DNA from: the human T2T-CHM13v2.0 reference genome, Homo sapiens
NCBI RefSeq assembly: GCF_009914755.1
Contig: NC_060928.1
DNA length: 64,000 bases
Direction: 5' to 3' (one strand)
Shown: piece by piece, positions 1-13,214 of the stretch
Position numbering within the stretch: the stretch's first letter is position 1
Layout: each line of letters opens with the position of its first letter
Notes under the pieces: model-generated
Told to the model about the DNA's origin: nothing
The model's database searches: none
What the model saw: only the letters and a program-made list of their open reading frames with translations
Position numbers and translations under genes: made by a program

Positions 1-46
1 TGTGTGTGTTTACACACACACACACACAGACACACACACACACACA
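1..46. repeat. (TG)n/(CA)n microsatellite
   Basis: tgtgtgtgtt followed by a long (CA)n run; such tracts are typical inside MLT2 LTRs. Confidence 0.9.
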
Positions 47-733
47 GAAAGAGATTGAAGAGGGGAGATTTTTAAGGAGGTAACTAATGCAGTTGTGAGG
101 CCTGGCCAATCTGAAAACCGCAGGGTAGGCCAGATTCTGGGGACACAGGATAGAGGTGATGTTGAAATCTTGAGTTTGAAGGTAATCTGGAAGCAGAATT
201 TCTTTTCCCTCAGGAGACCTTGTTCTTTTCTTTCTTTCTTTCTTTTTTGAGACAGAGTCTTGCTCTGTTGCCTAGGCTGGAGTGCAGTGGCATGATCTTG
301 GCTCACTGCAACCTCCACCTCCTGGGTTCCAGCAATTCTCCTGCCTCAGCCTCCTGAGTAGCTAGGATTACAGACCTGTGCCACCCCACCTGCCCCTGGC
401 TAATTTTTGTATTTTTAGTAGAGACAGGGTTTCACCATACTGGCCAGGCTGGTCTTGAACTCCTGACCTCAAGTGATCCACCTGCCTCCACCTACCAAAG
501 TGCTAGGATTACAGGTGTGAGCCACTGCACCCGGCTGGTCTTTTCTTTTAAGACCTTCAACTGACTGGGTGAGACCCACTCTCATTACAGTGAGTAATCT
601 GCTTTACTCAAAGTCTACTGATTTAGATATGAATTTCATCTAAGAATACCTTTATGGCAACATATAGACTGGTATTCAACCAAAAACTGGGTACCATGGC
701 TTAGCCAAGTTGACATAAAATTAACCATTATAC
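47..733 (-). mobile_element. MLT2-family (ERVL) LTR, split by an Alu
   Basis: MLT2-like motifs aagaccttcaactgactgggtgagacccac, aatctgctttactcaaagtctactgattt and terminus gccaagttgacataaaattaaccattataca. Confidence 0.75.
232..536 (-). mobile_element. AluS (Sx/Sz-like)
   Basis: T-rich tail then gagacagagtcttgctctgttgcc ... gccactgcacccggc; probable TSD tgttcttttctt/ggtcttttctt. Confidence 0.95.
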
Positions 734-769
734 AAATAAATGAGAGACAGTATTTTGAGTGTGTGTGAA

Positions 770-1050
770 AAATTGTATTTGAGCTGAGCTTTGAAGAAAG
801 AGTTGAAGAAGAAAGAAATGGAAGGCACAGCATGAAAATAAAGATGAAAATGAGAAAAAATCAGCGTATGTATAGAAAACTATAGAGTTCCCTTTTATTG
901 GCATAGAATAAATGAGGAAGGGAGTGATGAAAATTAAACTTGAAAAGGGAGTCATGATATTCCATGATGACTGGGATAAGTAGTTTTACTTCATTCTAAA
1001 GACAATGGGAATCCAATGAAGTTTTTGCTCAGAGAATTGATATGCTTTGA
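770..1050 (-). mobile_element. L2 fragment (degraded)
   Basis: atttgagctgagctttgaag and tttacttcattctaaagacaatgggaatccaatgaagtttt resemble antisense L2. Confidence 0.45.
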
Positions 1051-2619
1051 ACTACTGTTGAGTATAAGCTGGTAGCAAATCCAAATCAAGGCCATCATGG
1101 AGTTGTCTGGCCTCTTTGGGGCAGCTGTTCTCCCTTCTTATTGTTACTTTTAAAATGATGGTAGAGGATAGGATTTTACAGAGTCCTTTAGATATAATGT
1201 ACAATATCTTGTAGATAGGTAGGGACATGTGGAAACAGGATTTTTTCCAAGCTAGAATGGAAATTGTACTTTTAATGTATGTATAAATATTCTGATCCAA
1301 GGATATTTAGTTATTGGTAAGTATAGATACTTTTGCAAAAATCTGGCTTCCAAGGCCAGACTGATAACTTATCAGGAATGTTGTATAGCATGAACTACAG
1401 AGATTCTGCAAACCTATTAATATATTCATAACACTTGTATGACCTTTGTTTTATTGTCATGCTGATATTCTACAAAATCATATATGATATGATAGCCAAA
1501 ATAGGCAGTCATGCTGAAAAGTTTGTTCTTCATGAGAAAAATTCACGTTTTAAAAGTAATAGAAATTTAATTCTGAGCCAGCATAACAACTCTTTCTATA
1601 TGTGTAAATGTATTATAAAACTAGAAAAAACAAAGCAAAGAAAAAAAATTTGTAGTTCCTATCCCTTAAAGCCAGAATGGATACAGAAAAGTGGAATTTT
1701 TTGTTTAATTGGTTTCTTTTTACCTACTCCTTTGCTATTTCATAATTCCACTTTATTTTTTATTGACATCTTAGCTCCTCTTTCCATGTGCCCTGCAGCT
1801 AGCAATTTTTAGAAACATTTCCGACAACTCTGGGTCTATTTCTTTTCTTTTTGCCTTTAAATAACTGTTAGGTCTTATTCTCTTTCCACTTTTACCCTCT
1901 GCAGGTGACTCTTGACTTTAATTTCTTCTTCTGATCAAAACTTCTTTGTCTGGATGCCTCCGCATTAGTCACGTTTAACCTTGATGTTCCCTGAGTGGAA
2001 TTTCCACAAACTTTTCAGCATGCAGTACTTTGTATGGTTTAAAAAATTAAAATGTGAGGCCAGTTTTGACAGGAATACTGGACATGAAGATTCTTTTCTG
2101 GGTAATGCTAGGCGATCTATAAATGTGACTGATGACTCATGATGAGAATTATAGAAGTCAATAGTACATAATAAAACCTCATGATAAAGTACCTTGTTAT
2201 TCCATGGATTTGATAATATTGCGGGTCAAATCATTTCTCTCAAGAGTGGAGTAAAATATCACAAATGTATGTCCTTAATGCAGCTCATACACTTACGTGT
2301 CAATATTTTTCAACAAATATTTGAGTGCTTACTCTATGTATTGCATACGAATGTTATGAGTAGTTTTTTTTTTGTTTTGAATTTATGAAACATGTTTTTC
2401 TTCCCCCAAAAATAAGAGATTAGCTTTTGGCACATCTTCATAGCAGTTTAATATGGTAAGATCTTCAATAACAAAGGAAAATTTAAGAACTCATTGCTCA
2501 CTTAAGAAACATTTACGAAGTACCTACTCTGTGTCTAATCTAACATCAGATACTGTAGGGAGGTGGGACATCCTAACTTCAGCAGTCTGTCTTAGAGAGG
2601 GAACTGGGGGAGAGAGAGG

Positions 2620-2790
2620 AAATAAACTATCATTTATTGATCAGTGTTCAAGATCACTCACAAATGTTTTCACTTAATCTTAACAATAACCTCATGATAT
2701 ACTTACTATTTTCTTTCTTTGATAACAAGAAAACTGAGTCTCAGGGTATTTAAGTAACACCCCCTAATGTCACAAGACTGGTTAGAATAG
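2620..2790 (-). mobile_element. MIR
   Basis: gaaaactgagtctcagggtattaagtaacacccctaatgtcacaagactgg is a degenerate antisense MIR core. Confidence 0.65.
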
Positions 2791-3430
2791 GAGAAAGGAT
2801 TTTACCTTAGTTCTGTTTTCTTTCTGCACACTACACTGGTCACTAAAAGGTAGAAATAAAAAGTACAATGAAAATAAATGGTTATAGAAATTTATAATAG
2901 TGTTTTTGCAGAAAAGAATACACAAAAAATAAAGGTGAAACTGATAATCTATTAAACTGGGAATCAGACATTTTCTTACTGCTCCTGAGATAGTAAAAGA
3001 GACTGAAAAACACATTGTAAAAACTCTGAAAAACATTCATTACTTGCTTAACGCAGAATTTCTCAGATTCTGCTTGTTTTCTGTTCCCCTACACCCTAAC
3101 TCTTTATGTGTTCCATATAATATTAACAGTTGTGAAAGTACAGGATGAAAAGTTGTTACATGGAAATTCCCAGTACACCACAGTTGTTTTACTACACAGA
3201 TTTTTTTTATGGTCCTTTTTATAGGCATGAGTTATGGGAGACTACCAATTGTTAAGCAAAAGCTAAGTTTTAAAATGAAAATGCATCTGATAACTCCTAT
3301 AGAATCCAGGCATAGGATAATAATAGTAATCTAAAACAGACTTGGGGATACACATACAATGCATAAAAGACTTGTCCACCCCAAATTTACTTCTCTTTCA
3401 CTTACTGCTGTCATTTCTGCTCTGAGACTA

Positions 3431-3457
3431 GTATGTGTGTGTGTGTGTGTGTGTATG
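3431..3457. repeat. (TG)n microsatellite
   Basis: Direct TG dinucleotide run. Confidence 0.9.
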
Positions 3458-5938
3458 TAGGTCTGACTTTGTGAGCAAATGGTTGAATTCTTCATTATCT
3501 GAGAAAAAGTTCTTTTTTTCTGATAGTATGTTAAGTTTGGTAATGTTAGAAGATGTAATAGATGCATTGAAAGAGGAAACCATTTCCAGTTAATTGAAGC
3601 TGGAGTATTTATACCAGCTGCTCTTAGTCTCCTCTACATTAAGTGTTGACTCCTTGGACACTTGAATAACCAATAATATTTAGGCTTTATATTCTGACAA
3701 TCATTTACAATGGATAACATAAAGGTTCCTTTTTTCTCCTCCCCAACTTTTTTAAGGTAAAATTGACACATACAAAGGGTATATATTTACAGTATACAAC
3801 ATGATGTTTTCATATATGTAGATATTACAAAACGATTAAATCAAGCTTATTAACATATCTATCATCTCACATACTTATCACTTTTTTGGGGTGAGAATAT
3901 TTAAGATATACTCTGTTGACAATTTTTAGGTATGCAATACATTATGATTAACTATAGTCACCATGCTCTAAATAGATTTCCATATTTTATTCTTCCTGTC
4001 TAAAACTTAGTAACTTTTGATCAACATCTCCCTATTTCTTCCTCTCTAGGCAGTCTCTGGCAATCACCATTATACTCTCCATTTCTGTGAGTTCAATTTT
4101 TTTTGGATTATACATATAAGTGAGATCATGTAGTATTTGTCTTTCTGTGACTGGTTATTTCACTTAGCATAAAGTCCTCCAAGTTCATTCATCTTGTCAC
4201 AGATGACAGAATTTCTTTCTTTTGAAAGACTGAGTTGTATTTCATTGTCTATTACATTTTCTTCATTTATTCATCAGTTTGAGATCCTGATTTTATTTTC
4301 TTTGGATACATACCCAGAGAAAGATTGTTGCATAATAGTTCTGTTTTTAATTTTTTGACAAACCTTCATACTGTTTTGTACAATGGCTGTATCAATTTAT
4401 ATTTCCACTAAGAGGGTGTAAGGGCTCCCTTTCCTCCACATCCTTGCTAATGCTTATTTTTTGTCTTTTTGGTAATAGCCACATTAAGAGGCATGTGATA
4501 ATATCTCATTGTTTTAATTTGCATTTTCCTGCTGATTACAGATATGGAGCATTTTTCCATATACTAGTTGGCCATTTGTATGTCTTCTTTTTAGAAATGT
4601 CTATTCAGTTCCTTTGCTTACTTTGTAATTGGATTTCTTTTTCTTTCTATTGAGTTGTTTGAATTCTTTATATATTGTAGATATTAACTCTTTATCAGAT
4701 ATGTGGTTTGCAAATATTTTTCCTACTCTGTGGGTTATCTCTTCACTCTGTTGATTGTTTCCGTTGCTGTTTGATGTAATCCCATATGTCTATTTGACTT
4801 TTGTTGCTTATCCTTTGAGGTCATTTGCAAAAACCACTGTCCAGACCTATGTCAAGCTATTCCCCTAAATTTTCTTCTAGTAGCTTCACAATTTCAGGTC
4901 TTACATTTAAGTCTTTAATCCATTTTGTGTTGATTTTTGTATGTGGTGTGAGACAAGAATTCAATATAATTTTTCTCTAAACAGTTTTTCCAACACCATT
5001 TATTGAAGAGGCTGTCCTTTCCCTATTGTGTATTCATGGTACCATCGTCAAAAATCATTTGACCATAAATGTGTGGATTTAGTTCTGAGCTCTCTATTAT
5101 GTTTCATCAGTATATATGTCTGCTTTTAATGCCGGTATCATGCTGTTTTGATTACTATAGCTTTGTAGTACATTTTGAGATTAGGTAGTGATGCCTACAG
5201 TTTTGTTCTTATTGCTCAAGATTACTTTGGCTATTTGAGGTCTTTCATTGTTTTGTATAAATTTAGGATTGTTTTTTCTATTTTTGTAAGAAAGTCACTG
5301 GAATTTTGATAGGGATCGCATTGAATCTGTAAATCACTTTGGGTAGTGGGATATTTTAACAATATTAATTATTTTAATCCATGAACACAGGCTGTCTTTC
5401 CATTTATTTGTATATTATTCCATTTATTTCATTAAGGTTTTATAGTTTTCAGTGTAGAGGCTTTTCATCTCCTTGGTTAAATTTATTCCTAAGTATTTTA
5501 TTCTTTTTCATACTATTTTTTCTTAATTTCTCCTTCAGATTGTTTGTTGGTAGTGTATAGATACTCAACTACTTTTTGTGTGTTGATTTTGTATGTTTGA
5601 TTCAGGTGCTCCAATTTTGAATGCATATATATTTCCAATTGTTATATCCTCTTATTAGATTAACCTATTAATCATTACATAATAGTCTTCTTTGTACAGT
5701 TTATGACTTCTTTTTACAGTTTATGACTTAAAGTCTATTTTGCCTGATATAAGTATAGCTACTCCTGCTCTCTTTGATTTCCATTTGCATGAAATAGTAT
5801 TCCATCCCTTCACTTTCAGTCTATGCATGTCCTTAAAGTATGTCTGCATATTAGTGTCTTGTTTTTTTGTTTTTCTATTCATTCAGACACTATGTCTTTT
5901 GATGGGAAAATGTAATCTGTTTACATTTGAAATAAGTA

Positions 5939-6275
5939 TAGTCTCCCTCGGTATTTGTGGGGTATTTGTTCCCGGGCCTCCTGCAGATACCAAAATTCAC
6001 AAATGCTCTGTCCTTTATTTAAAATGTTGTAGCATTTGCATATAACCTAGGCACATTCTCTTGTAGGCTTTCATTTACCTTTAGATTACCTCTAATACCT
6101 AATGAAATGTAAATGCTATGTAAATAGTTATTATAGGTATATTTTTCAGGAAATAATGACAAGGAAAAAAGTCTGTACCTTTCAGTACAATCATCCAATT
6201 TTTTTCCCAAATATTTTCTATCTTTGCTTGGTTGAATCCACAGATGTGAAACCCATGGATATGGAGGGCTGACTG
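5939..6275 (+). mobile_element. MER2 (TcMar-Tigger MITE) nested in L1
   Basis: Terminal inverted repeats tagtctccctcggtat... and ...atatggagggctgactg, flanked by TA at 5937-5938 and 6276-6277. Confidence 0.85.
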
Positions 6276-9275
6276 TATTGATAGGTAAGGACTTACTATC
6301 AACATTTTGTCTTTTTTAAAAAAATGTTTTATAGGTCCTTTGTTACTTTTTTCTGCTTTCGCTGTTTTTCTTTGTGATTTGATGGTTTCTATAGTGGTAT
6401 GGTTTAATTCCTTTCTCTTTATCTTTTGTGTGTTTATGTTTTTATTTTGTGACTACCGTGAGGCCTATGTATCTTACAGTTATACAAGTCTATTTTAAGC
6501 TTGTAACAAATTAACTTTAATTGCATGCAAAAGCTCTTCACTTTTTATTCTCCCTTATATTTTTGATATCACATTTAATTTTTTATACTGTGTATCCATT
6601 AACAAGTTATTGCAGTTACAATTCTTTTTAATGCTTTTGTCTTTTAATGATTATCCTAGAGTTATAAGTGATCTATACACTACCATTATAGTATTAGAGT
6701 ATTCTAAATTGGACCATGTACTTTTACCTGTGAGTTTTATACTTTTATGTTTTCATGTTATAATTAGTGGTCTTTCATTTCAGCTGGAAGAACTTTCTTT
6801 AGTATTTCTTGTCAGGCAGGTCTAGTGGTGATGAACTACATCAGCTTTTGTTTTTCTGGGAAGTGTTTATTTCTCCTTCAATTCTGAAGGGCAACTTTGC
6901 CAGGTAAGATATATTTGGTTAGTATTTTTTGGTTTTAGCACTTTGAGTTATCACCTCACTTTCTCCTGGCTTGCGAAGTTTTTGTGGAGAAATCCACTGA
7001 TAGCTTTATTAAGATTCTCTTGCGTGTAATGTTTTTTTTTTCTCTTGTTGCTTCCAAAATTCTCTCGTCCTTGATTTTTGACCACTTAATTATAATGGGT
7101 CTAAGTGAAGTCTTCTTTGGCTTGAATCTGACTGGAGACTTTTGAGCTTTCTATACCTAGATATTCATATCTTCCTCTGATTTGAGAAGTTTTCAGGCAT
7201 TATTTTGAAATACAGCTTCTATTCTTTTCTCATTCTCTTCTCCTTTGAAACTCCTATAATTAGAATATTAGCTCCTTTGATGGTGTCCCATGGTGTCCCA
7301 TAGATTTACATAAGATTTCTTCATTGCTTTTCATTTCTTTTTCTCCTTTGACAGGATGATTTCAAATAATCTGTCTTTGAACTTGCTTATTTTCTCTTTT
7401 GCTTGATCTAATCTGCTATTGCAGCTCTCTATTGCTTTTTTAGTTCAGTTATTGGATTCTTCACCTGCAAAATTTCAGTTTGGCACTTTTTTATGCTTTG
7501 TGTCTCTTTGTCAGTCTTCTAATTTTGTTCTTGTATTTTCTTCTTGATTTTATTAAATTATCCATGTTCTCTTGTAGCTCACTGAGCTTCTTTAAAACAA
7601 TTATTTTAATTCTTTCTCAGGCAATTCAGGAAGTTTATTGTGTTCCTTCAGTGGTGTTGTTTCCCTGATTATTCATAATCCTTGTAGCCTTCAGCAGCTT
7701 TTTGCACGTTAGAAGAAGCAGTCACCTACTCCAGACTTTATAGACTGGCTTTGGTAAGAAAATACCTTCACTTGGGGTGAGGAAGAGTAGGCGGGAGCAT
7801 GCTACACTGGGTCTAGTGGTATGGGGAACCAAGTATGGAGGCTTTCGGTGTCTTCAGGTCTGAGAGGGTCATGGTGTCTTATTGGCTCAGGTAGCTGGGG
7901 TTCATAACGTTGGGAACTACAAAGTTCTTGATGGCAAATTGGTGCAGGTTGGCCATGGCTCTGAGGGTTGTTAGGATCCTCAGTGGCGCCTCTTCGTCCA
8001 GCAGCAAGGGGCCATGGCAGACAACAGTGGGGGCTGGGGCTGACAGTGTGCATACACTCTGCTGTGGGAGCTGGCTACAGGCCCATGCAGGGCCAGTTGC
8101 AGGCACATGCATAGTGGTAAGGGCCAGGGCTAGGTGCAGGAGCTGGAGCTTTCTCTGGGTCCACATATGACACCAGGGGCCAACAGTGTGTGTGTGTATG
8201 GCTATGGAAGTCAGAGCTAGCAGTGTGTATATATGATTGTAAGAGAAAGCAGCAGGTTGGTGATAGGGGCCAGGCCATCTGTGAGTGTCTGCACAGCTGC
8301 AGGGCCTGAGCTGGTGGCATGCTGGCACATGGCTGCAGGGCCAGATGCAAGCTCAGTGATGAGGGTGAGGACTGGTAGGCGAGAATGGTTGTGTGCTTAT
8401 ATGCAGCTGTTGGGGCAGAGGCCAGCTGCAAGCATGTGTGCAGCTGCAGTGGCCAACTATAGGCATGTGTGTGTCAGTAAGGGTGGGTGACAGGGGTCAC
8501 ACAGTTTTATGCATATACACAGCTGCAGGGACTGGAGCTGGAGACATGTAGATGCATGACTGTAGGGACCAGCTTCCTAGCTCTAGCATGCCTCCAGCCA
8601 TATCACAAGCAACATGTTGGAGGTTTGTGTCCAAGTTCAGGGTATGCTGCTTATGCATACTCACTAGTAGGGGCTGTGACTGGTGGCATGCATAAGCCCA
8701 AAGGTAGGGGTCATTTGTGGACATGAACAGAATGATGGGTTTGGGGACTGTGGTGGAGGCCTGGAGATTATTTGTGAGCATGTATATGGTGTATGTGTTA
8801 GATCCTTGGACTGGGAAGCCCATGTCAGCAGTAGCTGGGGCAGCTTCAGTGTTGGGAAGGAGGAAGACAGAAGGGGATTGTATCTCAGGAACCTGGACAC
8901 TGCAAAATATTCTTAGTTCTTGGTGGAAAAAGTTGAAAGGGGTCCGCTGTGGCTGTGCTGGCTGTTGGTTTTCTCACTGGTGAAAGTTGCTGGTGTTCCT
9001 TGTTAAGCAAGCTTCCAGGGTCTGCAACAGTAAACGCTGTGGGGTCCTTGGTGATAAAAACTACAGAAAGTACACAGCAGCCATGACAGCAGCTGAGATC
9101 CTCAGCAAAGAAAGCTGCTTGAGTCCTGTGCAGAGGAGTCCACTGGGAACTGTGGTGACTCCCATTGTGTGGGTGACACTAATAACCCCCTTTTCCTTCT
9201 TTGTTTCTAGCTGTCTCCAGACATCTTTGCTATGCCAGTCTTCCTAGTAATCTGGGAGGGGTAAAAAGAAAGCTG

Positions 9276-9729
<454 letters not shown>

Positions 9730-9915
9730 TAAAATAAAACTATTGTAATTATGCATTTGTGTGGTTATTCTCAGGTTTCTCTTCTCTCACTGTATAGCTG
9801 TCGCTTCTCAAATGGACTCCTGAATTTTTTTCAGTTATTTTTGTTAGCATAGTGGTACAGTATTTGTTCTTTGTTGGGGGGTCCAAGGCTGGGATCTCCT
9901 AGTTCACTATCTCAT

Positions 9916-9935
9916 TGACATTTCTAAAAGTTCTT
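9916..9935. repeat. TSD of HERV-W retrocopy (left copy)
   Basis: TGACATTTCTAAAAGTTCTT identical to 16864-16883. Confidence 0.95.
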
Positions 9936-9948
9936 TTTGTTTTTTTTT

Positions 9949-10262
9949 CAGTTGCAAGATTTAATAGAGTGAAAACAGAACTCCCATAAAATGGGAGGGG
10001 ACCCAAAGGGGGTTGCCGCTCCCTGCTCAAATGCCTAGGTTTATATCCTGATCATTGTCCCTCCTGCTGTGCTCTCAGGCGATATAGGATTTGACTATTT
10101 CTTTACCTCATGATTTAGCCTAATTTGTATTTTAGTGAGCTCTCTTTACTACCTGATTGGTTGGGTGTGAGCTGAGTTTTACAAGGTGGGTGTGGTCACC
10201 TTTCTCAGCTAGGCTTAGGAATTCTTAGTCAGCCTAGGAAATCCAGCTAGTCCTGTCTCTCA
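9949..10262 (-). promoter_or_regulatory. 3' LTR17 U3-R with CCAAT, TATA box and ATTAAA poly(A) signal
   Basis: Minus strand begins tgagagacaggactagctgg after polypurine tract gagaggggga; TATAAA at 10040-10045; ATTAAA ~12 nt before the poly(A). Confidence 0.9.
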
Positions 10263-10321
10263 GTTCCCCCTCTCAACAGAAAAACCCAAGAGCTGTTGGG
10301 GAGGTTGGCTGATGACTGCTC

Positions 10322-10741
10322 TTAACTGCTTGCTGCTGAATTGGGGCATAGTAGGGGTTGTGCAGTTGAGATTTCCTGGAGAGGAGTGCCTTCAATGTCA
10401 TTAACATTGGAGCATAGGCTAGCAGGCTGGTCCAGGGGTCCGCAGTAGATCTTAGTCGTGGACTGCATCTGGGGGTCCATTTGAAGAACGATTTGTAGTT
10501 TTACAGCTTCGATTCTGGAAGAGACAAACTTAACAAGGAGGTTAAAGATACAGGGATTGAAATGTATGGCCTGAAGTGCAGGGGCATGTGGGTGTGGGCG
10601 GTGAAAGTGGGGGTTCCTTTAGAAAAACTCCTATACGATGGGGCATCAATATTTCTGGGAAGCCGTATTCTCCATAGAAGATCTTGGTAAGGGGAGCTAC
10701 TGGTAGTACAGCAGCATGGAGGAGGTGCAGTGAGAGTGAAA
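10322..10741 (-). pseudogene. env: HERV-W env remnant (three fused fragments, no start codon)
   Basis: FTLTAPPPCCCTTSSSPYQDLLWR...GTPTFTAHTHMP / LHFRPYISIPV / IFNLLVKFVSSRIEAVKLQIVLQMDPQMQ...PNSAASS*, matching the syncytin-1-like SU N-terminus, mid-SU and TM tail. Confidence 0.9.
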
Positions 10742-12800
10742 GTTTTGGTGAAGGGTTTTAAGTAATTTCCATTGGTTAGCTGCAGGCAAAAGTATTTTTC
10801 ATTCTTCTGTGGCTAGCCATCCTGAGGGGAGGAAACTATGTCCTTGTGAGTTTCCCCATTCTATTTCTTCTGCTGAGTACTGTGGCTTGGTTTCCCGGAG
10901 GGGATTATCCCATACTAGGGGTCCTTCTATAAGTTTTTCTAATGGAGGGTCCCACCTTGTGGCTCTTTTGGCTTCAATATCCACTTGGCGTTTTCCTTCT
11001 ATTTTCTTTCCTTTCCTTTCTGATGACCCCAGCAGTGTAAGACTGCCACCTCTTTAGGTTTCTGTACAGCCAAGAATTGTCTCCTAATGGCCTCCTGATG
11101 TTTGGTAGGTGTTTTCTCGGAAGTTAGGAATTCCCTTTCTCTCCATATTGCTGCGTGGACATGGAGGACTAGGTAAGCATACTTAGAGTCTGTATACATA
11201 TTTACCCTTTTTTCTTCTCCTAATTCTAGTGCCCGAGTGAGGGCTATTCTGCCAACTGAGCACTAGTTCCTGGAGTAAGGGGATTACTTTCAAGTATTCC
11301 ATTATTACTGACCACTGCATACCCCGCTTTTTGAAGTCCTTTTTCTACAAAGAAACTTCCATTAGTATACAAGTTGAGGTAGGGATCAGTCAAGGGAACC
11401 TCTAGAAGTTCTCCTCAATGGCGTAGGTTTGAGCAATCACCTGTTGACAGTTATGTTCTGTCTTTATTGTTTGGAAGAAATGTGGCTGGGTTAAGAGTTG
11501 CACAAGTGTGCAGTCACAGCACAGGCCCTTTAAGTAATAGAGCCTGATATTTAAGCAAATGGTTGTCTGACAGCCACAAGTCTCCTTTAGCAGTGAGTAT
11601 TCCATTTACATCATGAGATGTCCACACAGTAAGATCTCTTCCCTGTATTATTTTAACTGCTTCAGATACTAAGACTGCTACTGCCGCCACTAGCCATAAA
11701 CAATGAGGCCGACCCTTTGCCACTACATCAATTTCCTTACTTAGGTATGCCATGGGTTGCAAGCTGGTTCCTCGAACCTGTGTAAGGACTCCTAGAGCTA
11801 TTTCTGTTTTGTCTGTGACATATAAAGAAAAGTCTTACCCTGTTGTCAAGCTTAATACTGGGGCTTGGGTTAGGGCCTTCTTTAGGGCCTGGAAAGCCAC
11901 TTCTGCTTCAGATGTCGATCTTACTAAATGGGTATTGGCTTTCTGAGTTTCCTTAATTAGTGTATATAATGGCCTGGCTATTTCGCTGTACCTGGGAATC
12001 CATATATGGCAGAAGCCTGTTATGCCAAGGAACCCTCTTAGTTGCTTTAGGGTTTTGGGATGAGGATAAGCCAGTATAGGCTGGACACATTCCTTACTGA
12101 GGGCTCTGGTGCCTTTGGATAATTTTAGCCCTAAGTATTTAACCTGCTGTGAGCAGAGCTGAGCCTTTGGTTTGGAAACCTTGTAGCCACAGGTGGCGAG
12201 GAAATTTAAGAGCGCTTGGGTGGCTTGATGGCACAAGGTTTCTGAACGGGTGGCTAAAAATAAATCATCCATGTACCAAAGGACAAGAGTGTCCAGATAT
12301 GAGAACTGGCTCAAGTCTTGGACTAATGCCTTGCCAAGTAGATGGGGGCTATCCCTGAACCCTTGGGGTAAAACAGTCCAGGTGAGTTGAGACGTTGGGT
12401 TCAAAGGATCTTCAAAGGCAAACAAGAATTGAGAGTCAGGATGTACGGGGATGCAGAAAAAGGCATCCTTAAGGTCCAGGACTGTAAACTTCTCTGCTTC
12501 CTCTGGTATTTGGGGAAGCAGAGTATAAAGGTTAGGTACAGCTGGGAATGGAGGGACGATGGCCTCATTGATAATCCTGAGATCGTGTACTAACCTCCAC
12601 TGTCCATTGGGTTTCTGTACTCCTAAAATTGGAGTATTGCAAGGGCTATTGCATGGTTTTACTAGGCCTTGGGCTTTTAGGTCCTTAACAATCTTTTGGA
12701 GTCCTTGTTGGGCCTCGGGTCTAAGGGGGTACTGCCTTTGGTAGGGAAAGGAGGCAGAATCCTTTAGTTTAACTTGAACAGGATGGGCATTCTTTGCTCA
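10742..12800 (-). pseudogene. pol: HERV-W pol remnant (RT and RNase H; integrase deleted), fragmented
   Basis: ORF 11835-12425 with LPQGFRDSPH and YMDD; RNase H YTDSKYAY and VLHCWGHQKG; stops and frameshifts between fragments. Confidence 0.92.
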
Positions 12801-13202
12801 TCCATATTGTCCTTCTGTTGTCCAGACTTCAGGATTAATTCCTTCCTCAAGCAGGGGACAACAAACAGTTGTTGCTTCTCCTATGTTCAGGTGTATAACA
12901 GCCCCTTCTTTTGCTAGAATGTGTCTCCCTAACAAGGGATTGGGGCTTTCAGGCATAATTAGAAAAGCATGTGAAAAGAGTAAAGTTCCGCAGTCACAAC
13001 TTAGTGGCTGGGAGAAGTATCTAGTGACTGGCTGTCCTAGGATCCCTTGGATAGTGATAGATTGGGAGGACAGTTGTCTGGGACAGGAGAGTAAGACTGA
13101 GAAGGCTGAGCCAGTGTCCAGGAGACAGTTAACCTTCTGGCCCTCAATGGTCAAGCATACCTGGGTCTCTGTGAGGGTGATGGCATGGGCTGGCACTTGC
13201 AC
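12798..13202 (-). pseudogene. pro: HERV-W protease remnant
   Basis: LLDTGSAFS aspartic protease motif and PLLGRHIL (degenerate LLGRD) motif. Confidence 0.88.
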
Positions 13203-13214
13203 CAGGCACCCTCA

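Noticed and set aside
7802-9247. Cluster of overlapping 80-150 aa ORFs as a gene
   Set aside because: No recognisable domain or splice structure; explained by the stop-poor repetitive L1 5'UTR relic
10322-10741. Syncytin-1 (ERVW-1) or another functional env gene
   Set aside because: No start codon, most of SU and TM deleted, frameshift at the third junction, and the 12-nt tail segment absent from ERVW-1 is present
10700-10800. In-frame pol-env fusion protein
   Set aside because: The pol frame has a stop at ~10799 and reads out of the env frame after the junction, ending within a few codons
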